From the NCBI GenBank assembly GCA_048885925.1, contig JBHLLG010000003.1, positions 32,001-96,000 of the forward strand: a stretch of 64,000 bases of DNA, in the 5' to 3' direction. Of the stretch, positions 1 to 10,899 are shown piece after piece. The DNA is from Candidatus Hermodarchaeota archaeon (GTDB lineage: Archaea > Asgardarchaeota > Lokiarchaeia > Sigyniarchaeales > SOKP01). The notes below the pieces were generated by a model. It saw only the letters and a program-made list of their open reading frames with translations. It was not told where the DNA came from and made no database searches. A program made the position numbers and the translations under genes. The first letter of the stretch is position 1. Each line of letters begins with the position of its first letter.

Positions 1-2
1 CA

Positions 3-3000
3 ACTCTAGTTGGCATAAATTTCATTTATCTTGGAGTTATTTTTGATTTCAATATGTTTTTGTTAAACATATTAAATTTTTCAATCTATATATTCTATTT
101 ATTCCTTTTAATCATCAGCAGCTTATTAAAAAAATTCAAAATTAAAGAAAATTTCATCTTAATTGTTAATCAAGTACATATTATATTCTTATTTATAATA
201 TCTATTACAACAGTTTTCTTTTATCCTTTTCTAGTGTTATTAGAATCTTATTATGGCATAATTTTGCCACTAATTGCATTACTTTTTTCATGGTTCTTCC
301 TTTTTTATTATTCTTATAAAAAAGAGTACTTTAATTTAGAGAGGGTCAAGAAATTGACAATATATAATTTTATTATCTTTTCTTGTTTAATTATTTCTTT
401 ACCTACAATTGTAAGTTTGGAATTTATTAGAATTGGATTAGAAGTAAATTTAATATTTATATTAACTAGCTCTCTATTCCTACTATTTGTTTTTCTAAAG
501 ATTTCTGAGAGTTTAAGTGTAAAAATTAAATTAAAAGAGAAATTTATCAAAAATTTTAAGTTATTTGCATTTATTTCTTGGTTTTCGTTTACTTTACTAA
601 TATCTTATTATATTGCATCGACATTTATAGCTGAAATAGAGTTAACTCCAATAACTTTATTAATATTGAGTTGTAGCTTTTTTACATTTTTTACATTAAG
701 TATTTACAGTTTATTTCTATTTTCTAGCTATTCAGCGGGATTATCGTATTTAAAATATTTCCAGGATCTTATCATTTATGGGATTATAATTTCAATATCA
801 TTTATATTCTTTTTTTTAATACTCTCAGTAGAGTTTTTCGTATTTCTTTTTATAGGTCCACTGCTATTTAATGTATCAATTTTAATTGGTTCTTTTTTTA
901 CAATTTTTCTTTTAATTCTAATAATAATTGATAAAATAATAGAAATAAGATTATCTCAATTAAAAATTATAATTGAGCTAATATCATGGCTAATTATAAA
1001 GATATTAATATGTTTATCAACCTTTTCTCTATTTGATTTTTTTACATATCAGTTCTTTGCATATCAGTTCTTTATGATTAATAAGATACTTTTATTTTCA
1101 CTAATATTTTTGTTTCTTACTCCAATAAGTCTGTTTATTTTAAAGAGTTTAAAATATTTAACTACTGAAAATCAATTTTTAATAAAAAAGATCGCTGTTA
1201 TAATCTTTATCATTTCAATATTAAGTATTTATTCTGAAATTTTGTTTAATACTATGAATTTATTACCTATCTTTTATCAGAATTTCCTATTTCATATAAC
1301 AGTCTTTATGGTAAATTTAATTTTATTTGGTTATTATTTTATTTTGATTTTTAATATAACCGTTGAAGAACGTTCTGTTTTAAAATTATTTAGATTTTAC
1401 ATTTTATCATTTATATTATTTATAAGTCTTCTTTATTTTGGTACAATTTTATCAATTTTTCTTTTATTAATATCCTTTGTTATAATTCTCTCTCAGAGGA
1501 GTTCTATTCCAATTTTTCGATTTTTCTCATATTTCCTACTAAGTTTTTTTACCTTTATTGAAACTATTGTTATTCTAAATACTTATGCTATTATACCCGG
1601 ATTTGATATACTAATGATGAATATTTTTATTATTCTTTATCTATTATCCATCAGTGGAGTTTTAGTATTTTCTATTTTATTAAATATAAAAAGAAATAAT
1701 AATCTGGAGAAAATTTCACTATATTCTCTCATTTCACTATTATCTTTTGTCTATCTTAATTCATTTACTAAAATATTAATTCTTTACAACATAACAATTT
1801 CAGCTTTTATTTTATTGTTATTTATTGGAATTAACTTGTATCGCCAAAAAGATGAACGATATAAATGGTTTATTAACCCGTGTGTACTTTTATTTATTTT
1901 TGATTTTATTAGCTTTTTATCATATTCATGGTTCTTTAATAATCCAATTTTTAAATTGTATAATCCGATTTTAACTTTTACATTAACTTTAAGTATGACT
2001 GGATTTGGATTTATCCTTTTGTATAATAAAGCGCCAGCTAGATTTAGGAAGAAGTCTTTTCTTTATGTAATTCTTCCATCAATAGTTTTTTCTTTTCCAA
2101 CCTTTTTATATTTTCTTATCATCGCTGCTTTATCTATGCCATTATGGTCTGTAGTCCCTTTTATCGTCGCAATTAATTTTGGAGTTTTTCTTTTTTATTT
2201 TTCAATTGGAATTTATCAATGGAGGATCTCATGGACAATTTGGAAATCTGGGTGGTATGCTTGGAATATTCTACCTTTTGTTAATTTCTATATAATTTAT
2301 CAAAATTTTACAGGAATAGATGTATTAACCAATTCATTACAATTTGGAATGTTTTCCGTTGAAGGATCATTAATTATATCGATAATAATTTGTTCTTTAT
2401 TTTTTTTACCAGTTGTATACTCTAAAATTAAGAAATACTTTTCTCAAATTTTTTTTATTATTTGGGGTGAAAGTCTATTTTTACTCTATTGGATTAGTCA
2501 AAATTTGTTTGTTGATGATATATTACTGAGAAATTTATCTTTCGTTTTATTCTCTGCGATTTTATTGATGCCTATTTTAGTAGGTTTAAAATTTTGGAAA
2601 ATTTTGTCAATACTTTGGGTATTTCCTCTAACATTTATTAACATATGGTTTATATCATCTTATTTGATATCTATAGGAATATCTTTTGAACTTGCATTTT
2701 CAATTGATGTTTTGGTTATAGGGTTGTTATTAATAGTATATTCATTTTTTCCAAATATTAGATCAGTAGTTGTTGTTTTAATAACTGCGTATTTCATAAC
2801 TTTATTAGGTATTTTCTTAACAATTTATTTTGTTCTATATTCTCTAATATTGAACCCATATTTTGCTATAAATATGAGTTTTATTACGGTTGGTTTTAGT
2901 CTTTTTTCCTCAAAATATGTAAAGTTATCCAAAAGAATTATTGATATATGTCTTTCTTGGATTCTAATAATAAATTTTGCATGGTTAACTTTTAATACAT

Positions 3001-6000
3001 TAAGTTTAATTCCAGGCTTAATAATGGTTGCTTTTTCATTAGCATTAACTGTTTTAGGTTTTTCCTTCTTCATATTTAATCGTTATAAAATGAAAATTCC
3101 TATCAATAAAGCGATTCCATATTTAATTTTGACAATTGGAGCGTCATTATCAGCCTCATCTTTAATTTCTATTATCTTTAAAGCATCTCCAGGTATTCTG
3201 ATTTCTGTCTCTTTTTCAGTATTCATTCTATTTTTATATTTTTTAATTACGGAATATAGGTTCATTATTTGGCTTCTTATTCCAATTCCTATAACTTCAC
3301 CAATACTTGAGCAAATAATGAGAATAAATTTTATTAAACCATTTTGGCTTTTAACGTGGTCGATGTTATATCTTATATCTTTTCAGGTATTGATAAATTT
3401 ATTTAAAAATTTGGTAACGGAAGAAAAACCGGAAATAAAAAATAGTATTTTAAAAATTTTCACGGATAAAAATCAAGTGAAACAGCTTAACTTTACCTGT
3501 TTTCTATTAAACTCAATAAGTATATCTCTATTTATCGCAATTTTTTTACCAAATTTATTGAAACAAATCATATTTACTGAATTACTATTAATTTACCAGA
3601 TTTGCGATTTTCTAATAATTTGGTCGTTCTCATTTTTAATTTGTATGAAATATGTTGAAAAATCAGAATTGAATATAAGAATAAAAAATCTAATGCATTA
3701 TTTCGCAAAAATTAGTTTCATTTTATATCTTTTAATACCCTTTGCACTAGGAATTAATCTTTATTTATATCTGGTATTTATGAAAGCAGAATTTTTGATA
3801 TCTCTTTATCTAGTTTTATTATTATTCAGTGCAGTAATGTTTATAGAAAATTTCTTCTTAGATAAAAATTATTTTTATCTTCTTTTCAATTCAACAAGAA
3901 ATCAATTTACTTTAGGTTCATGGCTAATTTTTAGTAATATTTTGGCTCTATTCTTATATTTATTTCATTTAAACGTTTTTCTTTTAATTTTAACTATTTC
4001 ACTATTGAATATCGTATCTATTTACTTTTTATCTCATTTAGATATTTCAAAAACCAAAATTTCTACTTCTTATTTAATTCTTATTTATAATTCATTTATT
4101 TGGAGTTCTTTTTATATTGCATCGTTAATTTCTGATGGGTTGGTTTTTATATTTGAAGAATTAAGGGGTTTTACTTATTACTCATTATTATTTCAAAATG
4201 CATTTTTACTATTATTCGTTTTTAGTTATTTTTTCATTAAATTTGAAAAGAATTTAAAAAATTGGATTGAATTCATTTTTTTCATCATATTTCAAGGATT
4301 ATTAGTAGTAAATTTGATTTTAATACTTGTGATTTATAATTATTTAAATGTACTTACAATTAACATAATTATTTTGATTGAGACTTGTTTGTCATTTAAA
4401 CCAATTAATAGTGTTAATATTATATTACCTGAACAAAAATATCCAAACTTCTTAACAAAAATCTCTTCAATTTTAGTATTGTTATTATATATTGAAGTAA
4501 GTATGACGATTTATGGATTATTAATTGGATTCATAGGAATGCTTGAGAGTATTCTAATTTCTCTATCATTATTATTCTTCCTAACTTTTGCAGATATTTA
4601 TTCTATCAAAAAAGTAAGAAAAAGTTATGCTTCACTTGTTCATAGTGTTAGTTTCTTTACGATTTCATTTATGTTGTTTTTAATTATAAATCGGTTGGTA
4701 TCTCAATATCCACTCTTACTTAGTGTAGAAATTTTTATCTTTTTAATAATGCAATTTTACACTAATTATTCTTTATTTGCCTCTTTAAAGAATTTTAGTC
4801 CAAATAAAAAAGAGGATCTTAAAAAAGTTCAATTATATATTCAACATCTTCTAGGTATAGGTTTCTATCTCACTCTATGTAGTTTTATATTACAGTCTTT
4901 AATCTTACAAAGGTTTGAATTGCAATTAATTCTTTTAATCCTAAGCGTTGTAGTCCATGCTTTAATGATTATAGACAATTTTCTTTTGAAATTTATAGGC
5001 AAAACGTCTAATTACATTAAAGTCATTTCCTGGATATTTATTATGACGTTTACGGCTACATACTTAATCTGGCTTTATAGTACTTATTTTATTACCTCCT
5101 TTTTTACTGTTATACCAATTATTATAATTATTCTTATCCTCGAAGTAGCTTATCTCTTCAGATTATTGATTTTTTGGCCAATAATTATTTCGAAAAAAGA
5201 AAAAATTCGTTTTTTTCTAATTAATTTAACCTATCTTAATTTTATTACATGGCCTTTGTATTTTGCGAGATTAAATGCTTTTCTTATGCTAAATTTAATA
5301 CTATTTTCCTTTCTAATTACTGTTATAATTACTTATATTGATGAAACTATAGGAGTTTTAAGAGAAAAAACAAGAAAATCCTTGAAGTCTTATTCATTCT
5401 TGATTTTTGGTAGCTTATTAACTATTGACGTTTTCATTCTCTTAGGATTTATTCCCCATTTCGATATTCTATTAAATGTTAGTATTTCTTCTTTATTATT
5501 TATTACATTTATTGTAATCAAAGTGAAGCCATTTAAAGAACATTCATTTATAGCTTTCGGTTTTTGGATGGCCATTTTTTTATTATTAAGCTTATTTATA
5601 TATCGGATTTCATTATCTTGGATTTTTGGAGTAGTAGTTTTGGGTTTAACTATTTTAATTTATCCATTCGTATTCCTTTTAGAAGAATTAAGAGAATTAT
5701 TTAACAGATTTATTGATAATTTAATAAATTTATTTAGAATGATAAAAACTATTGTTAGGAATTTAGTTATTAATATCGTCAATTTCATAAAGCTATATTT
5801 CAAATCAATTTTGATTATTGTTAATATGTTTCTTTCAATATTTCTTGGTATTCTTCTATCACCCGCAATATTGAATATATTAAATTGGATTCATTCAATA
5901 CTCCTAATATTTCCATTTTTTGGATTACTCTATTCATTCATCCCCACTAAAAAATCAAAAGATGTGGATATAACTTTTAAACGTCATATGTATCGTCTAA

Positions 6001-6248
6001 TTATCAGTTGGGGTAGTATTATTGTGGTTTTGTTTGCGTTTATAACACCTATTTGGTATATATTCACTATTTGGATATCAATTTGGATTGTTGGAGCAAT
6101 TTTATTACCTTATATAAGTTTTAAAGAAAAAAGTGAGAATATATCAATTAAGTGGAGATTTTATACACTAATACTTTTAATAATTTTGCTTATTTTATTT
6201 GGAATATTATTTGGTACTCAGATTTATATGAATTTTTTTCTAAATTAA
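3..6248 (+). CDS. Giant polytopic membrane protein (>2080 aa, dozens of TM helices), 5'-truncated by window
   Basis: ORF 54..6248 is almost entirely hydrophobic helices. The frame stays open upstream of ATG54 to the window edge (TLVGINFIYLGVIFDFN-M), so the true start probably lies outside the window. Confidence 0.85.
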   Translation, partial: TLVGINFIYLGVIFDFNMFLLNILNFSIYIFYLFLLIISSLLKKFKIKENFILIVNQVHIIFLFIISITTVFFYPFLVLLESYYGIILPLIALLFSWFFLFYYSYKKEYFNLERVKKLTIYNFIIFSCLIISLPTIVSLEFIRIGLEVNLIFILTSSLFLLFVFLKISESLSVKIKLKEKFIKNFKLFAFISWFSFTLLISYYIASTFIAEIELTPITLLILSCSFFTFFTLSIYSLFLFSSYSAGLSYLKYFQDLIIYGIIISISFIFFFLILSVEFFVFLFIGPLLFNVSILIGSFFTIFLLILIIIDKIIEIRLSQLKIIIELISWLIIKILICLSTFSLFDFFTYQFFAYQFFMINKILLFSLIFLFLTPISLFILKSLKYLTTENQFLIKKIAVIIFIISILSIYSEILFNTMNLLPIFYQNFLFHITVFMVNLILFGYYFILIFNITVEERSVLKLFRFYILSFILFISLLYFGTILSIFLLLISFVIILSQRSSIPIFRFFSYFLLSFFTFIETIVILNTYAIIPGFDILMMNIFIILYLLSISGVLVFSILLNIKRNNNLEKISLYSLISLLSFVYLNSFTKILILYNITISAFILLLFIGINLYRQKDERYKWFINPCVLLFIFDFISFLSYSWFFNNPIFKLYNPILTFTLTLSMTGFGFILLYNKAPARFRKKSFLYVILPSIVFSFPTFLYFLIIAALSMPLWSVVPFIVAINFGVFLFYFSIGIYQWRISWTIWKSGWYAWNILPFVNFYIIYQNFTGIDVLTNSLQFGMFSVEGSLIISIIICSLFFLPVVYSKIKKYFSQIFFIIWGESLFLLYWISQNLFVDDILLRNLSFVLFSAILLMPILVGLKFWKILSILWVFPLTFINIWFISSYLISIGISFELAFSIDVLVIGLLLIVYSFFPNIRSVVVVLITAYFITLLGIFLTIYFVLYSLILNPYFAINMSFITVGFSLFSSKYVKLSKRIIDICLSWILIINFAWLTFNTLSLIPGLIMVAFSLALTVLGFSFFIFNRYKMKIPINKAIPYLILTIGASLSASSLISIIFKASPGILISVSFSVFILFLYFLITEYRFIIWLLIPIPITSPILEQIMRINFIKPFWLLTWSMLYLISFQVLINLFKNLVTEEKPEIKNSILKIFTDKNQVKQLNFTCFLLNSISISLFIAIFLPNLLKQIIFTELLLIYQICDFLIIWSFSFLICMKYVEKSELNIRIKNLMHYFAKISFILYLLIPFALGINLYLYLVFMKAEFLISLYLVLLLFSAVMFIENFFLDKNYFYLLFNSTRNQFTLGSWLIFSNILALFLYLFHLNVFLLILTISLLNIVSIYFLSHLDISKTKISTSYLILIYNSFIWSSFYIASLISDGLVFIFEELRGFTYYSLLFQNAFLLLFVFSYFFIKFEKNLKNWIEFIFFIIFQGLLVVNLILILVIYNYLNVLTINIIILIETCLSFKPINSVNIILPEQKYPNFLTKISSILVLLLYIEVSMTIYGLLIGFIGMLESILISLSLLFFLTFADIYSIKKVRKSYASLVHSVSFFTISFMLFLIINRLVSQYPLLLSVEIFIFLIMQFYTNYSLFASLKNFSPNKKEDLKKVQLYIQHLLGIGFYLTLCSFILQSLILQRFELQLILLILSVVVHALMIIDNFLLKFIGKTSNYIKVISWIFIMTFTATYLIWLYSTYFITSFFTVIPIIIIILILEVAYLFRLLIFWPIIISKKEKIRFFLINLTYLNFITWPLYFARLNAFLMLNLILFSFLITVIITYIDETIGVLREKTRKSLKSYSFLIFGSLLTIDVFILLGFIPHFDILLNVSISSLLFITFIVIKVKPFKEHSFIAFGFWMAIFLLLSLFIYRISLSWIFGVVVLGLTILIYPFVFLLEELRELFNRFIDNLINLFRMIKTIVRNLVINIVNFIKLYFKSILIIVNMFLSIFLGILLSPAILNILNWIHSILLIFPFFGLLYSFIPTKKSKDVDITFKRHMYRLIISWGSIIVVLFAFITPIWYIFTIWISIWIVGAILLPYISFKEKSENISIKWRFYTLILLIILLILFGILFGTQIYMNFFLN

Positions 6249-6458
6249 TGATGAAATTTTAAATTTGATAATTTTTAAAATCAGTAATTTTTGAAATCAA
6301 TAATTATTATATTTGTTTTTATAGAGTACTATAGTAATTTTATAAACATGTGTATAAAAAGTTGAAAACTTTAAATATATGTTAAAATGAACTATTATTT
6401 GAAAATCTAAAATAAAATATAAAAGTTTAAAAAAATAAATTAAGAAGTGATCAAAAAT

Positions 6459-7937
6459 ATGGAAGCACTAACTAAAAGAATTATAGCTATTGTCCTTATT
6501 GTTGCCATTGGAGCAGGTGTTGGCGTGACCGCATGGATTTTTCTTGCGGCACCAGGCGCTGGTGAATATTCTTGGGGTGCAAAAGATTGTCCAGGCTTAC
6601 CTGAAGGAGCTACTGTTACTTCAGAGAATATAATCAAGTTCGGAGTGGCCGGTGATGTTGGTGAAATAACAGGTGATGGCGCTTGGGAAGGTACAAGGTT
6701 CGCGGCAAAAGAAATAAATGCAGCAGGTGGTATTGTAATTAACGGTACTACATATTATATTGGGGTCACAAAAGAAGATACAGATGAGGCAAATCCTAAT
6801 TTAGTAACATCAAGAGGTGTTAATGCCGCAGAAAGGTTGGTGTATAATAAAAAGGTTCATTTTGGAATTGGTGGATTCAGATCAGAGGCATTGTTAGCAT
6901 ACCGAGAAGTATTTATGGAAAACGAGATTATATTTATTGATACTGGAGCCGCTACAGATGTATTTTGTGCATCAGTCGGATCATGGTATACTAGATATAA
7001 ATATTTCTGGAGATCCATGCCAATAAACTCATCTTCATTAGGCGCTCAAATCTTTGGCTATCTCTTCTATATGGTAGGTTTGTTAAATTACACCTATCAT
7101 CCTGCTACAAGTCCAATTGGAGGAACTGAACCAATTGATAAAATTGGAATAATTTATGAAGATTTAACTTGGACAAAGGATTTAGTAAATGGCGTGAAGA
7201 CATATTTCGGAACTCCAGGAATCCCTGTTCCTCCCTATAATAAATACGCAGGAATGCTTGTAGAAGATATCCCATATGATGTTACCTTAACCTCGGCAGA
7301 TATGCTCACTCATGTAAATGCATTAATAGCTGCTGGATGTGATATTGTTATCCCTGTAATATCTGCTCAAGGTGGAGTATTCTTAACACAACATTATGCT
7401 GATCTTACGCCAAATTTCATTTTAATAGGAATAGATGTTCAATCACAGTTGGACACATATTGGACTCAAACTGGCGGAGATTGTGTGTACGAGACTATAA
7501 TGCAAAGTATACATTATACCAATAAAACTGCAACCACAAAATCATTTTGGACAGATTTTCGCACAGAATATGGTCATGATCCACTTTATACTGCATCGGG
7601 TAGCTACGATGCTGTAAACTTCCTTGTGTGGGCAATCGAAGAGACTCAATCATTAGATCCAGATGTTATAACAGTTCAAATGGAGACAGCTACAAAATCC
7701 AATGTAATAAATAATCCTGGGGATTTCCCTTCTAGTGTTGGTGGACTTGGAGCCTACAATAGTAATCACGATCTGATTGCAGGTTATCCATTTGGATATA
7801 CTTTGTGGTGCCAGTGGCAAGCTAACGCAACGAAAATAATTTGTCCAACCGGAGGTTATGTATACCCTGACACCGCTCTTGAGAATATTGGAACGTATCA
7901 AGTGTCACCTTGGGTTCATACAGCATGGACAACTTAA
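6459..7937 (+). CDS. livK: ABC transporter substrate-binding protein, Liv/HAAT (periplasmic binding protein type 1) family, N-terminal membrane anchor
   Basis: N-terminal TM, 'AAKEINAAGGI' motif, 'YDAV' near the C-terminus, first gene of the livHMGF cluster. ATG6459 follows SD-like GAAGTGA (the ORF track start is GTG6447). Confidence 0.85.
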   Translation: MEALTKRIIAIVLIVAIGAGVGVTAWIFLAAPGAGEYSWGAKDCPGLPEGATVTSENIIKFGVAGDVGEITGDGAWEGTRFAAKEINAAGGIVINGTTYYIGVTKEDTDEANPNLVTSRGVNAAERLVYNKKVHFGIGGFRSEALLAYREVFMENEIIFIDTGAATDVFCASVGSWYTRYKYFWRSMPINSSSLGAQIFGYLFYMVGLLNYTYHPATSPIGGTEPIDKIGIIYEDLTWTKDLVNGVKTYFGTPGIPVPPYNKYAGMLVEDIPYDVTLTSADMLTHVNALIAAGCDIVIPVISAQGGVFLTQHYADLTPNFILIGIDVQSQLDTYWTQTGGDCVYETIMQSIHYTNKTATTKSFWTDFRTEYGHDPLYTASGSYDAVNFLVWAIEETQSLDPDVITVQMETATKSNVINNPGDFPSSVGGLGAYNSNHDLIAGYPFGYTLWCQWQANATKIICPTGGYVYPDTALENIGTYQVSPWVHTAWTT

Positions 7938-7998
7938 AACAACTAAGAAGATTGACTAGAAAATTAAATTGAATTAACTATTTAATAAATACAAATAA

Positions 7999-8014
7999 TT
8001 TTTTTTTTTTTTTT
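7999..8014 (+). terminator. Oligo-T archaeal terminator after the substrate-binding gene
   Basis: A run of 16 T about 60 nt after the stop at 7937, before the permease genes. Confidence 0.55.
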
Positions 8015-8171
8015 AAGAAATATAACGTAGTAGAGAATAGATTTATAATTTTATAAAGTAGGTTGTTATTGTATTATTTTGTCAAAAAATAATTGAAAGA
8101 TTAGCTTTATAAAAGATGGGATAAAAGTATAATATAAGTATTTTAATAAAAACACCTAGGAACAATTAAAA

Positions 8172-9062
8172 ATGATTGAAGATATAATAAATTTCATATT
8201 CAATGGTACTTTAAATGGTGCTGTATATGCTCTAGTTGCTATGGGATACTCCTTAACTTATGGAGTAGGAGGAATTATGAATCTATCTCATGGAGCATAT
8301 TTTATGTTAACAGGTTATTTAATGTTATGGTTGGTTGGATCTCCTTTTTTTGAAGGGCTCGAGTGGTTAACTGTAGTCCTTGCATTGCTTATTATAACGA
8401 TAATAGGAGGACTTACGTATATCTTACTTATTAATCCTTTACAAGAGTCTCATGTTGCCGTTGTCCTAATAACCTTCGGATTAGCGTTCTTTTTAGAACA
8501 AGTAGTATTAATATCTCCTTCTGGTACTGAATCCTGGTCTATTAGTAATTTGAGATTAGTTCAGGGTGCTACACAATTTCTAGGATATAGTATTATTAAT
8601 CAATTTTTAGCACTCATAATTATATCTTTGATAATTGTTTCTTTATTCGCACTTTTTATCAGCAAATCCAAGCTTGGAAAATCTATTCGAGCAGTCTCCC
8701 AAGACAGAGAAGCAGCTATGTTAATGGGGATAAATGCTGATAAAATTCTCCTATACACTGTCATGATTTCAGCATTTTTAGCAGCCGTGGCAGCATTTCT
8801 ATATCTGCCGGGAGCTGCCTTAAGTGGTCCCTCTATGGGATGGGAATTTTTAACGAATTCATTTGCTATCGTAATTCTTGGAGGGATGGGAAGTCTTGTA
8901 GGAAGTGTAGTTGGGGCTTACATTGTGGGATATACTATCCAATTTACAAATATTTTTATTCCTAATGGTCCATCTTGGGCGCATTTAGTTCCTATAATAG
9001 TTATTGTTATAATGCTCTTAATTAGACCTCAGGGATTGTTTGGAAAAAAAGAACTAAAATAA
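8172..9062 (+). CDS. livH: Branched-chain amino acid-type ABC permease
   Basis: 'YALVAMGYSLTYGVGGIMNLSHG', 'GKSIRAVSQDREAAMLMGIN', 'RPQGLFG'. Confidence 0.92.
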   Translation: MIEDIINFIFNGTLNGAVYALVAMGYSLTYGVGGIMNLSHGAYFMLTGYLMLWLVGSPFFEGLEWLTVVLALLIITIIGGLTYILLINPLQESHVAVVLITFGLAFFLEQVVLISPSGTESWSISNLRLVQGATQFLGYSIINQFLALIIISLIIVSLFALFISKSKLGKSIRAVSQDREAAMLMGINADKILLYTVMISAFLAAVAAFLYLPGAALSGPSMGWEFLTNSFAIVILGGMGSLVGSVVGAYIVGYTIQFTNIFIPNGPSWAHLVPIIVIVIMLLIRPQGLFGKKELK

Positions 9063-9082
9063 TAAATTGAGGAATTTAAAAT

Positions 9083-10117
9083 ATGTTTACAAAAAGAGTT
9101 CAGGAAAAAGTATCCGATTTTCCAAGTTATTTTAAGACATGGGCTAAAACATTTAGTGGAGGCTTAACCCTTTTTTGCGTACTTAGTCTTGCATTGCTTC
9201 CTTTTCTTTCACAAAATGTGAATTTTACATATTTATTCTTACGCCAATTCACACTTGCTATGATTTTTTCAATCTTTGCTGCAAGTTGGGATCTTTTAAC
9301 TGGAATTGCCGGACAAATTAGTTTTGGGCACGCTATTTTTTTTGGAATATCAAGTTATGTTTGTGCTTACCTTATTAAATACCAAAGCTTCAATGTTTTC
9401 TTAGCAATGTTATGTGGCGCAATTGCAGCAGTTTTATTTGGCTTAACCATTGGAATACCATGCTTAAGACTGAGAGGCCCGTATTTAGCATTAGGAACTC
9501 TTGCATTAAGCTTAATTTTATTAAAATTATTTTTAATGGGTTCACTTGCTGATATATTCTTTGGTTCAGAAGGAATATTCGGTCTTAAAGGATTGTATCC
9601 TGCACTTTCTAGAAACCCTGTTTTAGAATATTTTATAATATTCATTTCAATGGTAATAGTATTTATAATTATAATTCAAATTACTAAATCTAGATTTGGA
9701 ACTATTTTGAAATCAATTCGTGATGACGAGTTGGGAGCAGATGCTTCAGGAATTAATACAACAAGATATAAAATTTATGCATTTATGTTAAGTGCTCTAT
9801 TTGCTGGAATTGCTGGTTCCTTTTATACCATGTATATCGGAGCTGTAAACCCTACTGGGAACTTTGGTACGGTTATTTCATTTTTTGCTATTCTCATGGC
9901 CTCTTTAGGGGGAATTGCCACAATTTCAGGATCAGCATTAGGAGCTTTTTTCTTCATTTTTCTTGAATATGCTCTTATACAAGCAGGGGTTGAAATTTAC
10001 GTTCATTTGATTTTTGCCATTACGTTAATTATCGTTGTTCGATTTGCAGAACACGGTATTTTAAGACCTTTAGTTGAGCGTTTAAAAGATTTATGGGATG
10101 TTTTATTAGGAAGATAA
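9083..10117 (+). CDS. livM: Branched-chain amino acid-type ABC permease
   Basis: 'WDLLTGIAGQISFGHA', 'LRLRGPYLALGTL', 'SIRDDELGA..SGIN'. Confidence 0.92.
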   Translation: MFTKRVQEKVSDFPSYFKTWAKTFSGGLTLFCVLSLALLPFLSQNVNFTYLFLRQFTLAMIFSIFAASWDLLTGIAGQISFGHAIFFGISSYVCAYLIKYQSFNVFLAMLCGAIAAVLFGLTIGIPCLRLRGPYLALGTLALSLILLKLFLMGSLADIFFGSEGIFGLKGLYPALSRNPVLEYFIIFISMVIVFIIIIQITKSRFGTILKSIRDDELGADASGINTTRYKIYAFMLSALFAGIAGSFYTMYIGAVNPTGNFGTVISFFAILMASLGGIATISGSALGAFFFIFLEYALIQAGVEIYVHLIFAITLIIVVRFAEHGILRPLVERLKDLWDVLLGR

Positions 10118-10158
10118 AAATTAATATTTTAATGAATTAAATTAAGGTGAATTAAATA

Positions 10159-10899
10159 ATGGGAGTTCTTTTAGAAGTTAAAAATTTAACAAAAAAGTTT
10201 GGTGGATTAACAGCAGTTAATGATTTTAGTTTTGAAATCATGCAAGGAGAATTTGTTGGTTTAATTGGACCAAATGGCGCAGGTAAAACTACTGTGTTTA
10301 ATCTAATATCTGGGTTTGAAAAACCTACATCAGGAAAAATTCGGTTTGATGGAATTGATATTATTGGAATGCGACCATATAAAATTGTAAATTTAGGACT
10401 TGCGAGAACCTTTCAGTTGGTAAGATCTTTTAAATTTCTCAGTCTTCTTGATAATGTGACTGTCGCTTGTTTATCGCATAGAGGAAAGCAAGTTTCAAAA
10501 GATATAGGCACGGATGAATATGCAAGTTCAATTCTTGCTGCTGTAGGTCTTGTGGATAAAGCAAGAATACCACCTATTATAGTACCTCATGGTGATTTGA
10601 GAAAATTACAAATTGGAAAAGCGATTGCTACCAATCCAAAATTACTTCTTCTTGATGAACCATTTAGTGGCCTTAGTTTTGAGGAAACAGTAGGTATTAT
10701 TGATTTAATAAAGAAGTTACATAGCGATGGAGTTACTATTTTGATGACGGGTCATGTATTACGTGAACTTATGGCTTTAGTACCAAGAGTAATTGCGATG
10801 CATCAAGGTAAATTCATTATGGAGGGGACTCCTAAAGAAGTTGCGAATAATAAAATTGTGCTTGAAGCATATTTAGGAAGAGGTGAAGGTTATGCTTGA
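10159..10899 (+). CDS. livG: ABC ATP-binding protein LivG
   Basis: Walker A GPNGAGKT, 'GLARTFQ', Walker B LLLLDEP, C-terminal 'AYLG'; SD AGGTGA upstream. Confidence 0.92.
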   Translation: MGVLLEVKNLTKKFGGLTAVNDFSFEIMQGEFVGLIGPNGAGKTTVFNLISGFEKPTSGKIRFDGIDIIGMRPYKIVNLGLARTFQLVRSFKFLSLLDNVTVACLSHRGKQVSKDIGTDEYASSILAAVGLVDKARIPPIIVPHGDLRKLQIGKAIATNPKLLLLDEPFSGLSFEETVGIIDLIKKLHSDGVTILMTGHVLRELMALVPRVIAMHQGKFIMEGTPKEVANNKIVLEAYLGRGEGYA

